Positions 38,718-52,177 of a stretch of DNA of 64,000 nucleotides are shown piece by piece. Position 1 is the stretch's first letter. Every line of letters starts with the position of its first letter. The notes below the pieces were generated by a model. That model was not told the DNA's origin. It was given only the letters and a program-made list of their open reading frames with translations, and did not search any database. Source of the stretch: Isurus oxyrinchus (lineage: Eukaryota); assembly GCA_026770705.1 (NCBI GenBank), contig JANJGN010000026.1, forward strand, positions 30,442,001 through 30,506,000, in the 5' to 3' direction. Position numbers and translations under genes: made by a program.

Positions 38718-38790
38718 GTTTCTGTAGTGTAGCGGTTGTCACGTTTGCCTCACACGCGAAAAATCACCGGTTTGAAACCAGGCAGAAACC
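38718..38790 (+). pseudogene. tRNA-Val(CAC) pseudogene
   Basis: Mutated B box and T stem, C73. Confidence 0.85.
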
Positions 38791-40459
38791 TTATCCAAGC
38801 CTGCCAATTTTGAGAGAGGAAAATTTGTGTACGTCATGTGTGTTGTTGAATGTTACCTGAATCTCACATGCTACAGAAATGGTGCTTTTGCTCTTACCTG
38901 GGCCTTGAAATGAATGCAGCAAAATGAGAAATACTGAAATTTCATGACACACTGAGTAGAAATAGATGTTCGTTTTTTGACTCAGCGCACATTTCAGCAG
39001 TTCGTCTGGCCAGCAACAGAATTTAGTGGGTTCTCGATGCAGATTTACATCGTTACTCACCATCTCAAAGATGTCTCATGCTAAGGTGTGCACATAAGGA
39101 CAGGCGCAAGCGATGCTTCAATTGAACCAGAGGAAATGACAGACCTGTTACAGAATCACTCCTTTAAATATTCGGTCTTCAGCATAGAGTATCAGAAAAA
39201 ATGACCGAGGGAGTCATGGAAACCGAGGCACAGTGCAGATCTGCTGGCTTCCCCCCCTGTCTTCTACATGGTTGTGATTAAGGCACCAGAAGGCTTCTCA
39301 CCTGCAGCAAAGAGGGATCAAATATAATGACTGCATAATTTTCAAAACTGCTCCCAGTAAAATTCCTGCATTATGTTTAAAAGCTAATTGTACTCAATTT
39401 CAAAAGAGCACCACATGGTTTGCATTACCTGTTGATTGGCATTCTTTTGTCTATCAGTCATGTTTGCAATTCGAGTTTCGGTGTATCTTTCAGAGAGTCT
39501 CAATTCAAATGAAGGCAGCAATAACAGATACAATATTAATATTAAATATAGAATAAGGGAACAAATGCGGAGTGAAGTTTGTTTAATTTTGTCTGCCAAG
39601 GATAAGACGGATATTCCTAATAATTGAGCAGAAAGCATTCCACCCGGAGACATTTGCTGGATGGACACGCCTAGATTTTGAAGTTCAATTAAGCTGAGGC
39701 ACCAGGCTGAAACGAACAGCTGTCTTCCTGCAACAAGTGACCCTCAGTCCAACCATTGGAAACCTCCAAACATTCTGGTAGCTCAGCATTGCCTGGTTTG
39801 TTCCACAAATATTTATCCTCTGTTAGATTCCGGTCCAGGATCAAACTGATTTCAAACCAAATGAAGTAAATGAAGAATTGAAGCATGCAATCTTGGCAGG
39901 GCCCTGCTAAACTCCGGAACAAACATTTTCCTCTGTAATATAGCACCCTCGATTGAATGGCTGAGGAGCAAAATAATAAGATTGTAAAAAGAGTAAGGTT
40001 GAAAAATCACACTTTCGCAAGTTGGATATGAGCTCAATTGCATAATTACATCATGTTCATCTGGCGCAGTACATGAGGAACCCAAGTCCAAATCGTCATG
40101 TGAACCTTGTGAGTTAAGGTAACCCAGGCATGGATTCTGCAGAAACGACTTTTTTAAAAGGGAATTCAGCAATTTAATGAAAGGGAGGAAAAAACTGGTA
40201 CACTAAGAGAGAGAAGCAATTTGCGATGAGTTAGTGTGCTCGTTTAACAAAGGGGCCTCGGATCGGACGATAGAAGGGCCTCGTATGCCTTTGATTGGAT
40301 GCACGGTGCTAGGCCATTTTATGATGACATTGTTACACGAGTCTCGCTGCAGCGTTCCTGAGAATAGCAGCTGTATTTCATTTCTCCGCAACAGGGACTC
40401 AGATTGCTGCAGCGTTACAGCGCAGTTTAGCATTCCAGACAAAGCTTCATGACGTGTCC

Positions 40460-40532
40460 GTTTCTGTAGTGTAGTGGCTATCACATTCGCCTAACACGCG
40501 AAAGGTCCCCGGCCCGAAACCGGGCAGAAACA
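40460..40532 (+). tRNA. TRNAV-AAC: tRNA-Val(AAC) with disrupted B box (probable recent pseudogene)
   Basis: GGCCCGAAACC replaces GGTTCGAAACC (T54C and T55C at 40513-40514). Confidence 0.75.
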
Positions 40533-40658
40533 TTATGAAAATTTAATCATTAAATATTTAAGATAATTTGCATCTTTGAAGCTTACCTGAATTTCCAATG
40601 TTGCATGCAAATTGCATTTGCTCTCACCGAGGTCATAAAGCGCATGCAGCCAATTCAG

Positions 40659-40912
40659 AATACCTGCAAAAACTCAGCAAGTCTGGCAGCATCTGCGGAG
40701 AGGAACACAGTTAATAAATAGAAAAGAGGTAAAAGGAATATGAGTTTTATATTTCTCCTCTTTTCCAATTTTACTCAGTTCTGTTGAAGAGTCATACGGA
40801 CTCGAAACGTTAACTGTCTTCGTCTCCGCAGATGCTGCCAGACCTGCTGAGTTTTCCAGGTATTCTTATTTTTGTTTTGGATTTCCAGCACCCGCAGTTT
40901 TTTGCTTTTATC
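40659..40912 (+). mobile_element. Penelope-like inverted-repeat/hammerhead insertion copy
   Basis: Copy of 1659-1912. Confidence 0.65.
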
Positions 40913-42146
40913 TGCAGCAAAATCAGCACGTCTTTCGATGCAGCTTAAAACAGTTACTCACCATGTCAAAGGTATCTCATAGTAACGTGTGCTTATAAAG
41001 ACAGACAAAGAGTGATCAGATCTAATTAACGCATCATTTTCAAGCCTGTTCCCAGTGAAATTCTTGCATTTTGTTTAAAAGCTAACTGCGCTCGATTTCA
41101 AATGAGCACCATATGATTTGCATACCTGTTGACTGACATTCTTTCGTCTACCAGTCATGTTTGCAATTCGGGGCTGGTGTATATTTCAGAGAGTTTCAAT
41201 TCAGACGAAGGCATGAATAACAGATAAAATATGAATATTAAATATAGAATAACGGAACAAGTACTGAGTTTCTTTAATTTCGTCTTCCAAGGATGAGAAG
41301 GATGTTCCTGATGATTGAGCAGAAAGCATTGCACTCGGAGACATTTGCTGGACGGACACGTCTACATTTTGAAATTCAAAACAAGCTGAGGCACCAGGGT
41401 GAAAGCAACAGTTGCTTCCCTGCAGCAAGTGACATGGACCCTCAGTCCAGCCATTGGAAACCTTCAAACACCCTGGTGGCTCAGCTCTGCCCAGTTTGTT
41501 CCACAAATATTTATCCTCTGTTAGATTCCGGTCCAGGATCAAAATTATTTCAACCCAAATGAAGTAAAGGAACAATTGAAGCACGTGATCTTGGCCGGGG
41601 CCTGTTAAACTTCGGAACAAAAATTTTGCTCTCGGTTGAAGGCGAATGGAGCAAAAGTACTAAGATTGTAAAAATAGTAAGGTTGAAAACATAACACTTT
41701 CGCAAATTCGATGTGAGATCAATTGCATAATTACATCATGTACATCTGGTAAAGTATATTAGGAAGCCAAGTCCAAATCGTCATGTGAACCTTGTCAATT
41801 AAGGCAGAGCAAGCATGGATTCTGCAGAAATGACTTGTTCAAAAGAGAATTAAGTAATTTAATGAAAGGGAGAAGAAATAGCTCATTAATAGAGAGAAGC
41901 AAATGATGATGAATTCGTTTTCTCGTTTAAAAAGGGGCCTGAGATCGGATGTTGGAAGGGCCGCTTTTGTCATTGTTTAGATACGTGGGTGCTAGGCCAT
42001 TTTATGAGTACATTGTTACATCGGTCTCGCTGCAGCGTTCCTGAGAACTGCAGCTGTATTCCATTTCTCCGCAATAGAGACCCAGATTGCTGCAGCGTTA
42101 CAGCGCAGTTCAGCATTCCGGACAGGATTTATGAGACCGCACGGCA

Positions 42147-42219
42147 GTTTCTGTAGTGTAGTGGTTATCACGTTCGCCTCACACGCGCAAGGTCCCCGGT
42201 TCGAAACCGGGCAGAAACA
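42147..42219 (+). tRNA. TRNAV-CAC: tRNA-Val(CAC), A42C variant
   Basis: GCGCA in the 3' anticodon stem gives a U28.C42 mismatch. Confidence 0.87.
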
Positions 42220-43698
42220 TTATGCAAACTTCGTCATTAAATATGAGGCTAATTTGCGTCGTTGAAGCCTCCATGAATCTCCTATGGTGCAGGCGATATT
42301 GCATTTGCTCTCACCGAGGTCTCAAAATGAATGCAGCAAAATCAGCACCTGCTGAGATTCCATGACACACTTGAGTGGATAGATGTTCGTAGTTTACTGC
42401 GCTTACATCTTAGCAGCTCGTTTAGTCAACACGATAAATCCATGGACTTTTCGATGCACTTACGAAAGTTACTCACCGTGTCAAAGGTTTCTCAGTGTAA
42501 CGTGTGCTCTTAAAGACAGACAAAGAGGGATCAGATTTATTAATGCATCATTCCCAAGCCTATTTCCTGTAAAATTCTTTGATTTTGTTGAAATGCTGAC
42601 TGTTGTGCTACATCTCACATCAGCCCCATAGCAAATGCATTACCTGGTGACTTACATTCTTTTGTTTGACAATCAAGTTTGCAATTCGATGTTGTCGTTT
42701 TCAGAGAGCATCAAGTCAACCAAGGGCATCACTGTCAAATACATTATTACTGAATGGTGGATAAGGTAAAACAAATTGCTGAGAAAAGTTTGTTGAATTT
42801 CTTCTGCCGAGGAGAAGTGTGTTCATAATGATTTACCCGGAAGTATTGCTGCCTAAGACATTTGCTGAACCGAGCCTTCTGCATTTTGAAATTCAAACAA
42901 ACAGCGGCACCAGGTGGAAACTAAGAGTTGTCTTTCTGTAACAAGTGACATGACCTCTCAGTCTAACCATTGCAATCCTCCAAACATTCTGGTAGATCAG
43001 CACTATCCTGTTTCCTAGAGAAATATACATTCTGTAAAATTACATTCCCAGAACAAAATTATATTTAAACAACTGAATGATACGACCTCTTACAGCTTGT
43101 GATCCTTGACAGGGCTCTGTTTAACTGTAGCAATCATTTTCCTCTGTGATATAACACCCTGGATTAATGAGTCATGGAGCAAATGTAATCAGATTGTGGA
43201 AATAATTCCGAAATAATGAGATGTTTGATCAGAAAAGTAAGCATTTTCGTCAATTCGATATGAAAACAAGAGATAAGTAAATAATGTTCATATGCATAGC
43301 TATGTATGGAACACAAGTCTAAACCTTCATGGCACTGGGCGAGGGAAACGTTGTTAATTCAGGCAAACTAGGCTTGGTATCTGCGTAAACTCCTTTTTCA
43401 AAAGGGAATGATGCAATTAGTTGCTATGCAGAAAAATAACAAGTTCACTAATAGAAGGAAACTGGGATTAATTCGTTGGCTCTTGAAAAAAACTGACAGA
43501 GAAAAGATGATGGAAGGGCCATTGCATGGATACATGGTGTTAAGCCATTTTATGATGACATTGTTATTGAGTCTGTCTGCAGCATTCCCAATTATAGCAG
43601 CTGAATTCCATTTGTCCCATCCAAAGAGCCAAAGCGCTGCTGCATGACATCACAGTTTACCATTCCAGATAGATTCACTGCAGTCATGTCTGGCCAAT

Positions 43699-43771
43699 GT
43701 TTCTGTAGTGTAGCGGTTGTCACGTTTGCCTCACACGCGAAAAATCACCGGTTTGAAACCAGGCAGAAACC
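43699..43771 (+). pseudogene. tRNA-Val(CAC) pseudogene
   Basis: Mutated B box and T stem, C73. Confidence 0.85.
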
Positions 43772-45440
43772 TTATCCAAGCCTGCCAATTTTGAGAGAGG
43801 AAATTTTGTGTACGTCATGTGTGTTGTTGAATGTTACCTGAATCTCACATGCTACAGAAATGGTGCTTTTGCTCTTACCTGGGCCTTGAAATGAATGCAG
43901 CAAAATGAGAAATACTGAAATTTCATGACACACTGAGTAGAAATAGATGTTCGTTTTTTGACTCAGCGCACATTTCAGCAGTTCGTCTGGCCAGCAACAG
44001 AATTTAGTGGGTTCTCGATGCAGATTTACATCATTACTCACCATCTCAAAGATGTCTCATGCTAAGGTGTGCACATAAGGACAGGCGCAAGCGATGCTTC
44101 AATTGAACCAGAGGAAATGACAGACCTGTTACAGAATCACTCCTTTAAATATTCGGTCTTCAGCATAGAGTATCAGAAAAAATGACCAAGGGAGTCATGG
44201 AAACCGAGGCACAGTGCAGATCTGCTGGCTTCCCCCCCTGTCTTCTACATGGTTGTGATTAAGGTACCAGAAGGCTTCTCATCTGCAGCAAAGAGGGATC
44301 AAATATAATGACTGCATAATTCTCCAAACTGCTCCCAGTAAAATTCCTGCATTATGTTTAAAAGCTAATTGTACTCAATTTCAAAAGAGCACCACATGGT
44401 TTGCATTACCTGTTGATTGGCATTCTTTTGTCTATCAGTCATGTTTGCAATTCGAGTTTCGGTGTATCTTTCAGAGAGTCTCAATTCAAATGAAGGCAGC
44501 AATAACAGATACAATATTAATATTAAATATAGAATAAGGGAACAAATGCGGAGTGAAGTTTGTTTAATTTTGTCTGCCAAGGATAAGACGGATATTCCTA
44601 ATAATTGAGCAGAAAGCATTCCACCCGGAGACATTTGCTGGATGGACACGCCTAGATTTTGAAGTTCATTTAAGCTGAGGCACCAGGCTGAAACGAACAG
44701 CTGTCTTCCTGCAACAAGTGACCCTCAGTCCAACCATTGGAAACCTCCAAACATTCTGGTAGCTCAGCATTGCCTGGTTTGTTCCACAAATATTTATCCT
44801 CTGTTAGATTCCGGTCCAGGATCAAACTGATTTCAAACCAAATGAAGTAAATGAAGAATTGAAGCATGCAATCTTGGCAGGGCCCTGCTAAACTCCGGAA
44901 CAAACATTTTCCTCTGTAATATAGCACCCTCGATTGAATGGCTGAGGAGCAAAATGATAAGATTGTAAAAATAGTAAGGTTGAAAACTCACACTTTCGCA
45001 AGTTCGATATGAGCTCAATTGCATAATTACATCATGTTCATCTGGCGCAGTACATGAGGAACCCAAGTCCAAATCGTCATGTGAACCTTGTGAGTCAAGG
45101 TAACCCAGGCATGGATTCTGCAGAAACGACTTTTTCAAAAGGGAATTCAGCAATTTAATGAAAGGGAGGAAAAAACTGGTACGCTAAGAGAGAGAAGCAA
45201 TTTGCGATTAGTTAGTGTGCTCGTTTAACAAAGGGGCCTCGGATCGGACGATAGAAAGGCCTCGTATTCCTTTGATTGGATGCACGGTGCTAGGCCATTT
45301 TATGATGACATTGTTACACGAGTCTCGCTGCAGCGTTCCTGAGAATAGCAGCTGTATTTCATTTCTCCGCAACAGGGACTCAGATTGCTGCAGCGTTACA
45401 GCGCAGTTTAGCATTCCAGACAAAGCTTCGCGACGTGGCG

Positions 45441-45513
45441 GTTTCTGTAGTGTAGTGGCTATCACATTCGCCTAACACGCGAAAGGTCCCCGGTTCGAAA
45501 CCGGGCAGAAACA
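45441..45513 (+). tRNA. TRNAV-AAC: tRNA-Val(AAC)
   Basis: Identical to 1460-1532; divergent 5' flank (cttcgcgacgtggcg). Confidence 0.95.
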
Positions 45514-45639
45514 TTATGAAAACTTAATCATTAAATATTTAAGATAATTTGCATCTTTGAAGCTTACCTGAATTTCCAATGTTGCATGCAAATTGCATTT
45601 GCTCTCACCGAGGTCATAAACCGCATGCAGCCAATTCAG

Positions 45640-45890
45640 AATACCTGCAAAAACTCAGCAAGTCTGGCAGCATCTGCGGAGAGGAACACAGTTAATAAAT
45701 AGAAAAGAGGTAAAAGGTATATGAGTTTTATATTTCTCCTCTTTTCCAATTTTACTCAGTTCTGTTGAAGAGTCATACGGACTCGAAACGTTAACTGTCT
45801 TCGTCTCCGCAGATGCTGCAAGACCTGCTGAGTTTTCCAGGTATTATTTTTGTTTTGGATTTCCAGCACCCGCAGTTTTTTGCTTTTATC
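45640..45890 (+). mobile_element. Penelope-like inverted-repeat/hammerhead insertion copy
   Basis: Copy of 1659-1912 with a 3 bp deletion at the end of the right arm. Confidence 0.65.
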
Positions 45891-47124
45891 TGCAGCAAAA
45901 TCAGCACGTCTTTCGATGCAGCTTAAAACAGTTACTCACCATGTCAAAGGTATCTCATAGTAACGTGTGCTCATAAAGACAGACAAAGAGTGATCAGATC
46001 TAATTAACGCATCATTTTCAAGCCTATTCCCAGTGAAATTCTTGCATTTTGTTTAAAAGCTAACTGCGCTCGATTTCAAATGAGCACCATATGATTTGCA
46101 TACCTGTTGACTGACATTCTTTCGTCTATCAGTCATGTTTGCAATTCGGGGCTGGTGTATATTTCAGAGAGTTTCAATTCAGACGAAGGCATGAATAACA
46201 GATAAAATATGAATATTAAATATAGAATAACGGAACAAGTACTGAGTTTCTTTAATTTCGTCTTCCAAGGATGAGAAGGATGTTCCTGATGATTGAGCAG
46301 AAAGCATTGCACTCGGAGACATTTGCTGGACGGACACGTCTACATTTTGAAATTCAAAACAAGCTGAGGCACCAGGGTGAAACCAACAGTTGCTTCCCTG
46401 CAGCAAGTGACATGGACCCTCAGTCCAGCCATTGGAAACCTTCAAACACCCTGGTGGCTCAGCTCTGCCCAGTTTGTTCCACAAATATTTATCCTCTGTT
46501 AGATTCCGGTCCAGGATCAAAATTATTTCAAACCAAATGAAGTAAAGGAACAATTGAAGCACGTGAACTTGGCCGGGGCCTGCTAAACTTCGGAACAAAA
46601 ATTTTGCTCTCGGTTGAAGGTGAATGGAGCAAAAGTAATAAGATTGTAAAAATAGTAAGGTTGAAAAAATAACACTTTCGCAAATTCGATGTGAGATCAA
46701 TTGCATAATTACATCATGTACATCTGGTAAAGTATATTAGGAAGCCAAGTCCAAATCGTCATGTGAACCTTGTCAATTAAGGCAGAGCAAGCATGGATTC
46801 TGAAGAAATGACTTGTTCAAAAGAGAATTAAGTGATTTAATGAAAGGGAGAAGAAATAGCTCATTAATAGAGAGAAGCAAATTATGATGAATTCGTTTTC
46901 TCGTTTAAAAAGGGGCCTGAGATCGGATGTTGGAAGGGCCGCTTTTGTCATTGTTTGGATACGTGGGTGCTAGGCCATTTTATGAGTACATTGTTACATC
47001 GGTCTCGCTGCAGCGTTCCTGAGAACTGCAGCTGTATTCCATTTCTCCGCAATAGAGACCCAGATTGCTGTAGCGTTACAGCGCAGTTCAGCATTCCGGA
47101 CAGGATTTATGGGACCGCACGGCA

Positions 47125-47197
47125 GTTTCTGTAGTGTAGTGGTTATCAAGTTCGCCTCACACGTGAAAGGTCCCCGGTTCGAAACCGGGCAGAAACA
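47125..47197 (+). tRNA. TRNAV-CAC: tRNA-Val(CAC), C25A + C40T variant
   Basis: ATCAAG gives a G10.A25 mismatch; ACGTGAA gives a G30.U40 wobble. Confidence 0.82.
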
Positions 47198-48675
47198 TTA
47201 TGCAAACTTGGTCATTAAATATGAGGCTAATTTGCGTCGTTGAAGCCTCCATGAATCTCCTATGGTGCAGGCGATATTGCATTTGCTCTCACCGAGGTCT
47301 CAAAATGAATGCAGCAAAATCAGCACCTGCTGAGATTCCACGACACACTTGAGTGGATTGATGTTGGTAGTTCACTGCGCTTACATATTAGCAGCTCGTT
47401 TAGTCAACACGATAAATCCATGGACTTTTCGATGCACTTACGAAAGTTACTCACCGTGTCAAAGGTTTCTCAGTGTAACGTGTGCTCTTAAAGACAAAGA
47501 GGGATCAGATTTATTAATGCATCATTCCCAAGCCTATTTCCTGTAAAATTCTTTGATTTTGTTGAAATGCTGACTGTTGTGCTACATCTCACATCAGACC
47601 CATAGCAAATGCATTACCTGGTGACTTACATTCTTTTGTTTGACAATCAAGTTTGCAATTCGATGTTGTCGTTTTCAGAGAGCATCAAGTCAACCAAGGG
47701 CATCACTGTCAAATACATTATTACTGAATGGTGGATAAGGTAAAACAAATTGCTGAGAAAAGTTTGTTGAATTTCTTCTGCCGAGGAGAAGTGTGTTCAT
47801 AATGATTTACCCGGAAGTATTGCTGCCTAAGACATTTGCTGAACCGAGCCTTCTGCATTTTGAAATTCAAACAAACAGCGGCACCAGGTGGAAACTAAGA
47901 ATTGTCTTTCTGTAACAAGTGACATGACCTCTCAGTCTAACCATTGCAATCCTCCAAACATTCTGGTAGATCAGCACTATCCTGTTTCCTAGAGAAATAT
48001 ATATTCTGTAAAATTACATTCCCAGAACAAAATTATATTTAAACAACTGAACGAAACGACCTCTTACAGCATGTGATCCTGACAGGGCTCTGTTTAACTG
48101 TAGCAATCATTTTCCTCTGTGATATAACACCCTGGATTAATGAGTCATGGAGCAAATGTAATCAGATTGTGGAAATAATTCCGAAATAATGAGATGTTTG
48201 ATCAGAAAAGTAAGCATTTGCGTCAATTCGATATGAAAACAAGAGATAAGTAAATAATGTTCATATGCATAGCTACGTATGGAACACAAGTCTAAACCTT
48301 CATGGCACTGGGCGAGGGAAACGTTTTTAATTCAGGCAAACTAGGCTTGGTATCTGCGCAAACTCCTTTTTCAAAAGGGAATGATGCAATTAGTTGCTAT
48401 GCAGAAAAATAACAAGTTCACTAATAGAGAGAAGGAAACTGGGATTAATTCGTTGGCTCTTTAAAAAAACTGACAGAGAAAAGATGATGGAAGGGCCATT
48501 GCATGGATACATGGTGTTAAGCCATTTTATGATGACATTGTTATTGAGTCTGTCTGCAGCATTCCCAATTATAGCAGCTGAATTCCATTTGTCCCATCCA
48601 AAGAGCCAAAGCGCTGCTGCATGACTTCACAGTTTACCATTCCAGATAGATTGACTGCAGTCATGTCTGGCCAAT

Positions 48676-48748
48676 GTTTCTGTAGTGTAGTGGTTGTCAC
48701 GTTTGCCTCACACGCGAAAAATCACCGGTTTGAAACCAGGCAGAAACC
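48676..48748 (+). pseudogene. tRNA-Val(CAC) pseudogene (T16 form)
   Basis: Mutated B box and T stem, C73; position 16 matches the intact genes. Confidence 0.85.
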
Positions 48749-50420
48749 TTATCCAAGCCTGCCAATTTTGAGAGAGGAAAATTTGTGTATGTCATGTGTG
48801 TTGTTGAATGTTACCTGAATCTCACATGCTACAGAAATGGTGCTTTTGCTCTTACCTGGGCCTTGAAATGAATGCAGCAAAATGAGAAATACTGAAATTT
48901 CATGACATACTGAGTAGAAATAGATGTTCGTTTTTTGACTCAGCGCGCATTTTAGCAGTTCGTCTGGCCAGCAACAGAATTTAGTGGGTTCTCGATGCAG
49001 ATTTACATCGTTACCCACCATCTCAAAGAGATGTCTCATGCTAAGGTGTGCACATAAGGACAGGCGCAAGCGATGCTTCAATTGAACCAGAGGAAATGAC
49101 AGACCTGTTACAGAATCACTCCTTTAAATATTCGGTCTTCAGCATAGAGTATCAGAAAAAATGACCGAGGGAGTCATGGAAACCGAGGCACAGTGCAGAT
49201 CTGCTGGCTTCCCCCTCCTGTCTTCTACATGGTTGTGATTAAGGCACCAGAAGGCTTCTCACCTGCAGCAAAGAGGGATCAAATATAATGACTGCATAAT
49301 TCTCAAAACTGCTCCCAGTAAAATTCCTGCATTATGTTTAAAAGCTAATTGTACTCAATTTCAAAAGAGCACCACATGGTTTGCATTACCTGTTGATTGG
49401 CATTCTTTTGTCTATCAGTCATGTTTGCAATTCGAGTTTCGGTGTATCTTTCAGAGAGTCTCAATTCAAATGAAGGCAGCAATAACAGATACAATATTAA
49501 TATTAAATATAGAATAACGGAACAAATGCGGAGTGAAGTTTGTTTAATTTTTTCTGCCAAGGATAAGACGGATATTCCTAATAATTGAGCAGAAAGCATT
49601 CCACCCGGAGACATTTGCTGGATGGACACGCCTAGATTTTGAAGTTCAAATAAGCTGAGGCACCAGGCTGAAACGAACAGCTGTCTTCCTGCAACAAGTG
49701 ACCCTCAGTCCAACCATTGGAAACCTCCAAACATTCTGGTAGCTCAGCATTGCCTGGTTTGTTCCACAAATATTTATCCTCTGTTAGATTCCGGTCCAGG
49801 ATCAAACTGATTTCAAACCAAATGAAGTAAATGAAGAATTGAAGCATGCAATCTTGGCAGGGCCCTGCTAAACTCCGGAACAAACATTTTTCTCTGTAAT
49901 ATAGCACCCTCGATTGAATGGCTGAGGAGCAAAATGATAAGATTGTAAAAATAGTAAGGTTGAAAAATCACACTTTCGCAAGTTCGATATGAGCTAAATT
50001 GCATAATTACATCATGTTCATCTGGCGTAGTACATGAGGAACCCAAGTCCAAATCGTCATGTGAACCTTGTGAGTTAAGGTAACCCAGGCATGGATTCTG
50101 CAGAAACGACTTTTTCAAAAGGGAATTCAGCAATTTAATGAAAGGGAGGAAAAAACTGGTACACTAAGAGAGAGAAGCAATTTGCGATGAGTTAGTGTGC
50201 TCGTTTAACAAAGGGGCCTCGGATCGGATGATAGAAGGGCCTCGTATGCCTTTGATTGGATGCACGGTGCTAGGCCATTTTATGATGACATTGTTACACG
50301 AGTCTCGCTGCAGCGTTCCTGAGAATAGCAGCTGTATTTCATTTCTCCGCAACAGGGACTCAGATTGCTACAGCGTTATAGCGCAGTTTAGCATTCCAGA
50401 CAAAGCTTCGTGACGTGTCC

Positions 50421-50493
50421 GTTTCTGTAGTGTAGTGGCTATCACATTCGCCTAACACGCGTAAGGTCCCCGGTTCGAAACCGGGCAGAAACA
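50421..50493 (+). tRNA. TRNAV-AAC: tRNA-Val(AAC), A42T variant
   Basis: GCGTA in the anticodon stem gives a U28.U42 mismatch. Confidence 0.87.
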
Positions 50494-50619
50494 TTATGAA
50501 AACTTAATCATTAAATATTTAAGATAATTTGCATCTTTGAAGCTTACCTGAATTTCCAATGTTGCATGCAAATTGCATTTACTTTCACCGAGGTCATAAA
50601 GCGCATGCAGCCAATTCAG

Positions 50620-50870
50620 AATACCTGCAAAAACTCAGCAAGTCTGGCAGCATCTGCGGAGAGGAACACAGTTAATAAATAGAAAAGAGGTAAAAGGTAT
50701 ATGAGTTTTATATTTCTCCTCTTTTCCAATTTTACTCAGTTCTGTTGAAGAGTCATACGGACTCGAAACGTTAACTGTCTTCGTCTCCGCAGATGCTGCA
50801 AGACCTGCTGAGTTTTCCAGGTATTATTTTTGTTTTGGATTTCCATCACCCGCAGTTTTTTGCTTTTATC
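50620..50870 (+). mobile_element. Penelope-like inverted-repeat/hammerhead insertion copy
   Basis: Copy of 1659-1912 with a 3 bp deletion. Confidence 0.65.
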
Positions 50871-52104
50871 TGCAGCAAAATCAGCACGTCTTTCGATGCA
50901 GCTTAAAACAGTTACTCACCATGTCAAAGGTATCTCATAGTAACGTGTGCTCATAAAGACAGACAAAGAGTGATCAGATCTAATTAACGCATCATTTTCA
51001 AGCCTATTCCCAGTGAAATTCTTGCATTTTGTTTAAAAGCTAACTGCGCTCGATTTCAAATGAGCACCATATGATTTGCATACCTGTTGACTGACATTCT
51101 TTCGTCTATCAGTCATGTTTGCAATTCGGGGCTGGTGTATATTTCAGAGAGTTTCAATTCAGACGAAGGCATGAATAACAGATAAAATATGAATATTAAA
51201 TATAGAATAACGGAACAAGTACTGAGTTTCTTTAATTTCGTCTTCCAAGGATGAGAAGGATGTTCCTGATGATTGAGCAGAAAGCATTGCACTCGGAGAC
51301 ATTTGCTGGACGGACACGTCTACATTTTGAAATTCAAAACAAGCTGAGGCACCAGGGTGAAACCAACAGTTGCTTCCCTGCAGCAAGTGACATGGACCCT
51401 CAGTCCAGCCATTGGAAACCTTCAAACACCCTGGTGGCTCAGCTCTGCCCAGTTTGTTCCACAAATATTTATCCTCTGTTAGATTCCGGTCCAGGATCAA
51501 AATTATTTCAAACCAAATGAAGTAAAGGAACAATTGAAGCACGTGAACTTGGCCGGGGCCTGTTAAACTTCGGAACAAAAATTTTGCTCTCGGTTGAAGG
51601 CGAATGGAGCAAAAGTAATAAGATTGTAAAAATAGTAAGGTTGAAAAAATAACACTTTCGCAAATTCGATGTGAGATCAATCGCATAATTACATCATGTA
51701 CATCTGGTAAAGTATATTAGGAACCCAAGTCCAAATCGTCATGTGAACCTTGTCAATTAAGGCAGAGCAAGCATGGATTCTGCAGAAATGACTTGTTCAA
51801 AAGAGAATTAAGTGATTTAATGAAAGGGAGAAGAAATAGCTCATTAATAGAGAGAAGCAAATTATGATGAATTCGTTTTCTCGTTTAAAAAGGGGCCTGA
51901 GATCGGATGTTGGAAGGGCTGCTTTTGTCATTGTTTGGATACGTGGGTGCTAGGCCATTTTATGAGTACATTGTTACATCGGTCTCGCTGCAGCGTTCCT
52001 GAGAACTGCAGCTGTACTCCATTTCTCCGCAATAGAGACCCAGATTGCTGCAGCGTTACAGCGCAGTTCAGCATTCCGGACAGGATTTATGGGACTGCAC
52101 GGCA

Positions 52105-52177
52105 GTTTCTGTAGTGTAGTGGTTATCACGTTCGCCTCACACGCGAAAGGTCCCCGGTTCGAAACCGGGCAGAAACA
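52105..52177 (+). tRNA. TRNAV-CAC: tRNA-Val(CAC)
   Basis: Identical to 3147-3219. Confidence 0.95.
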
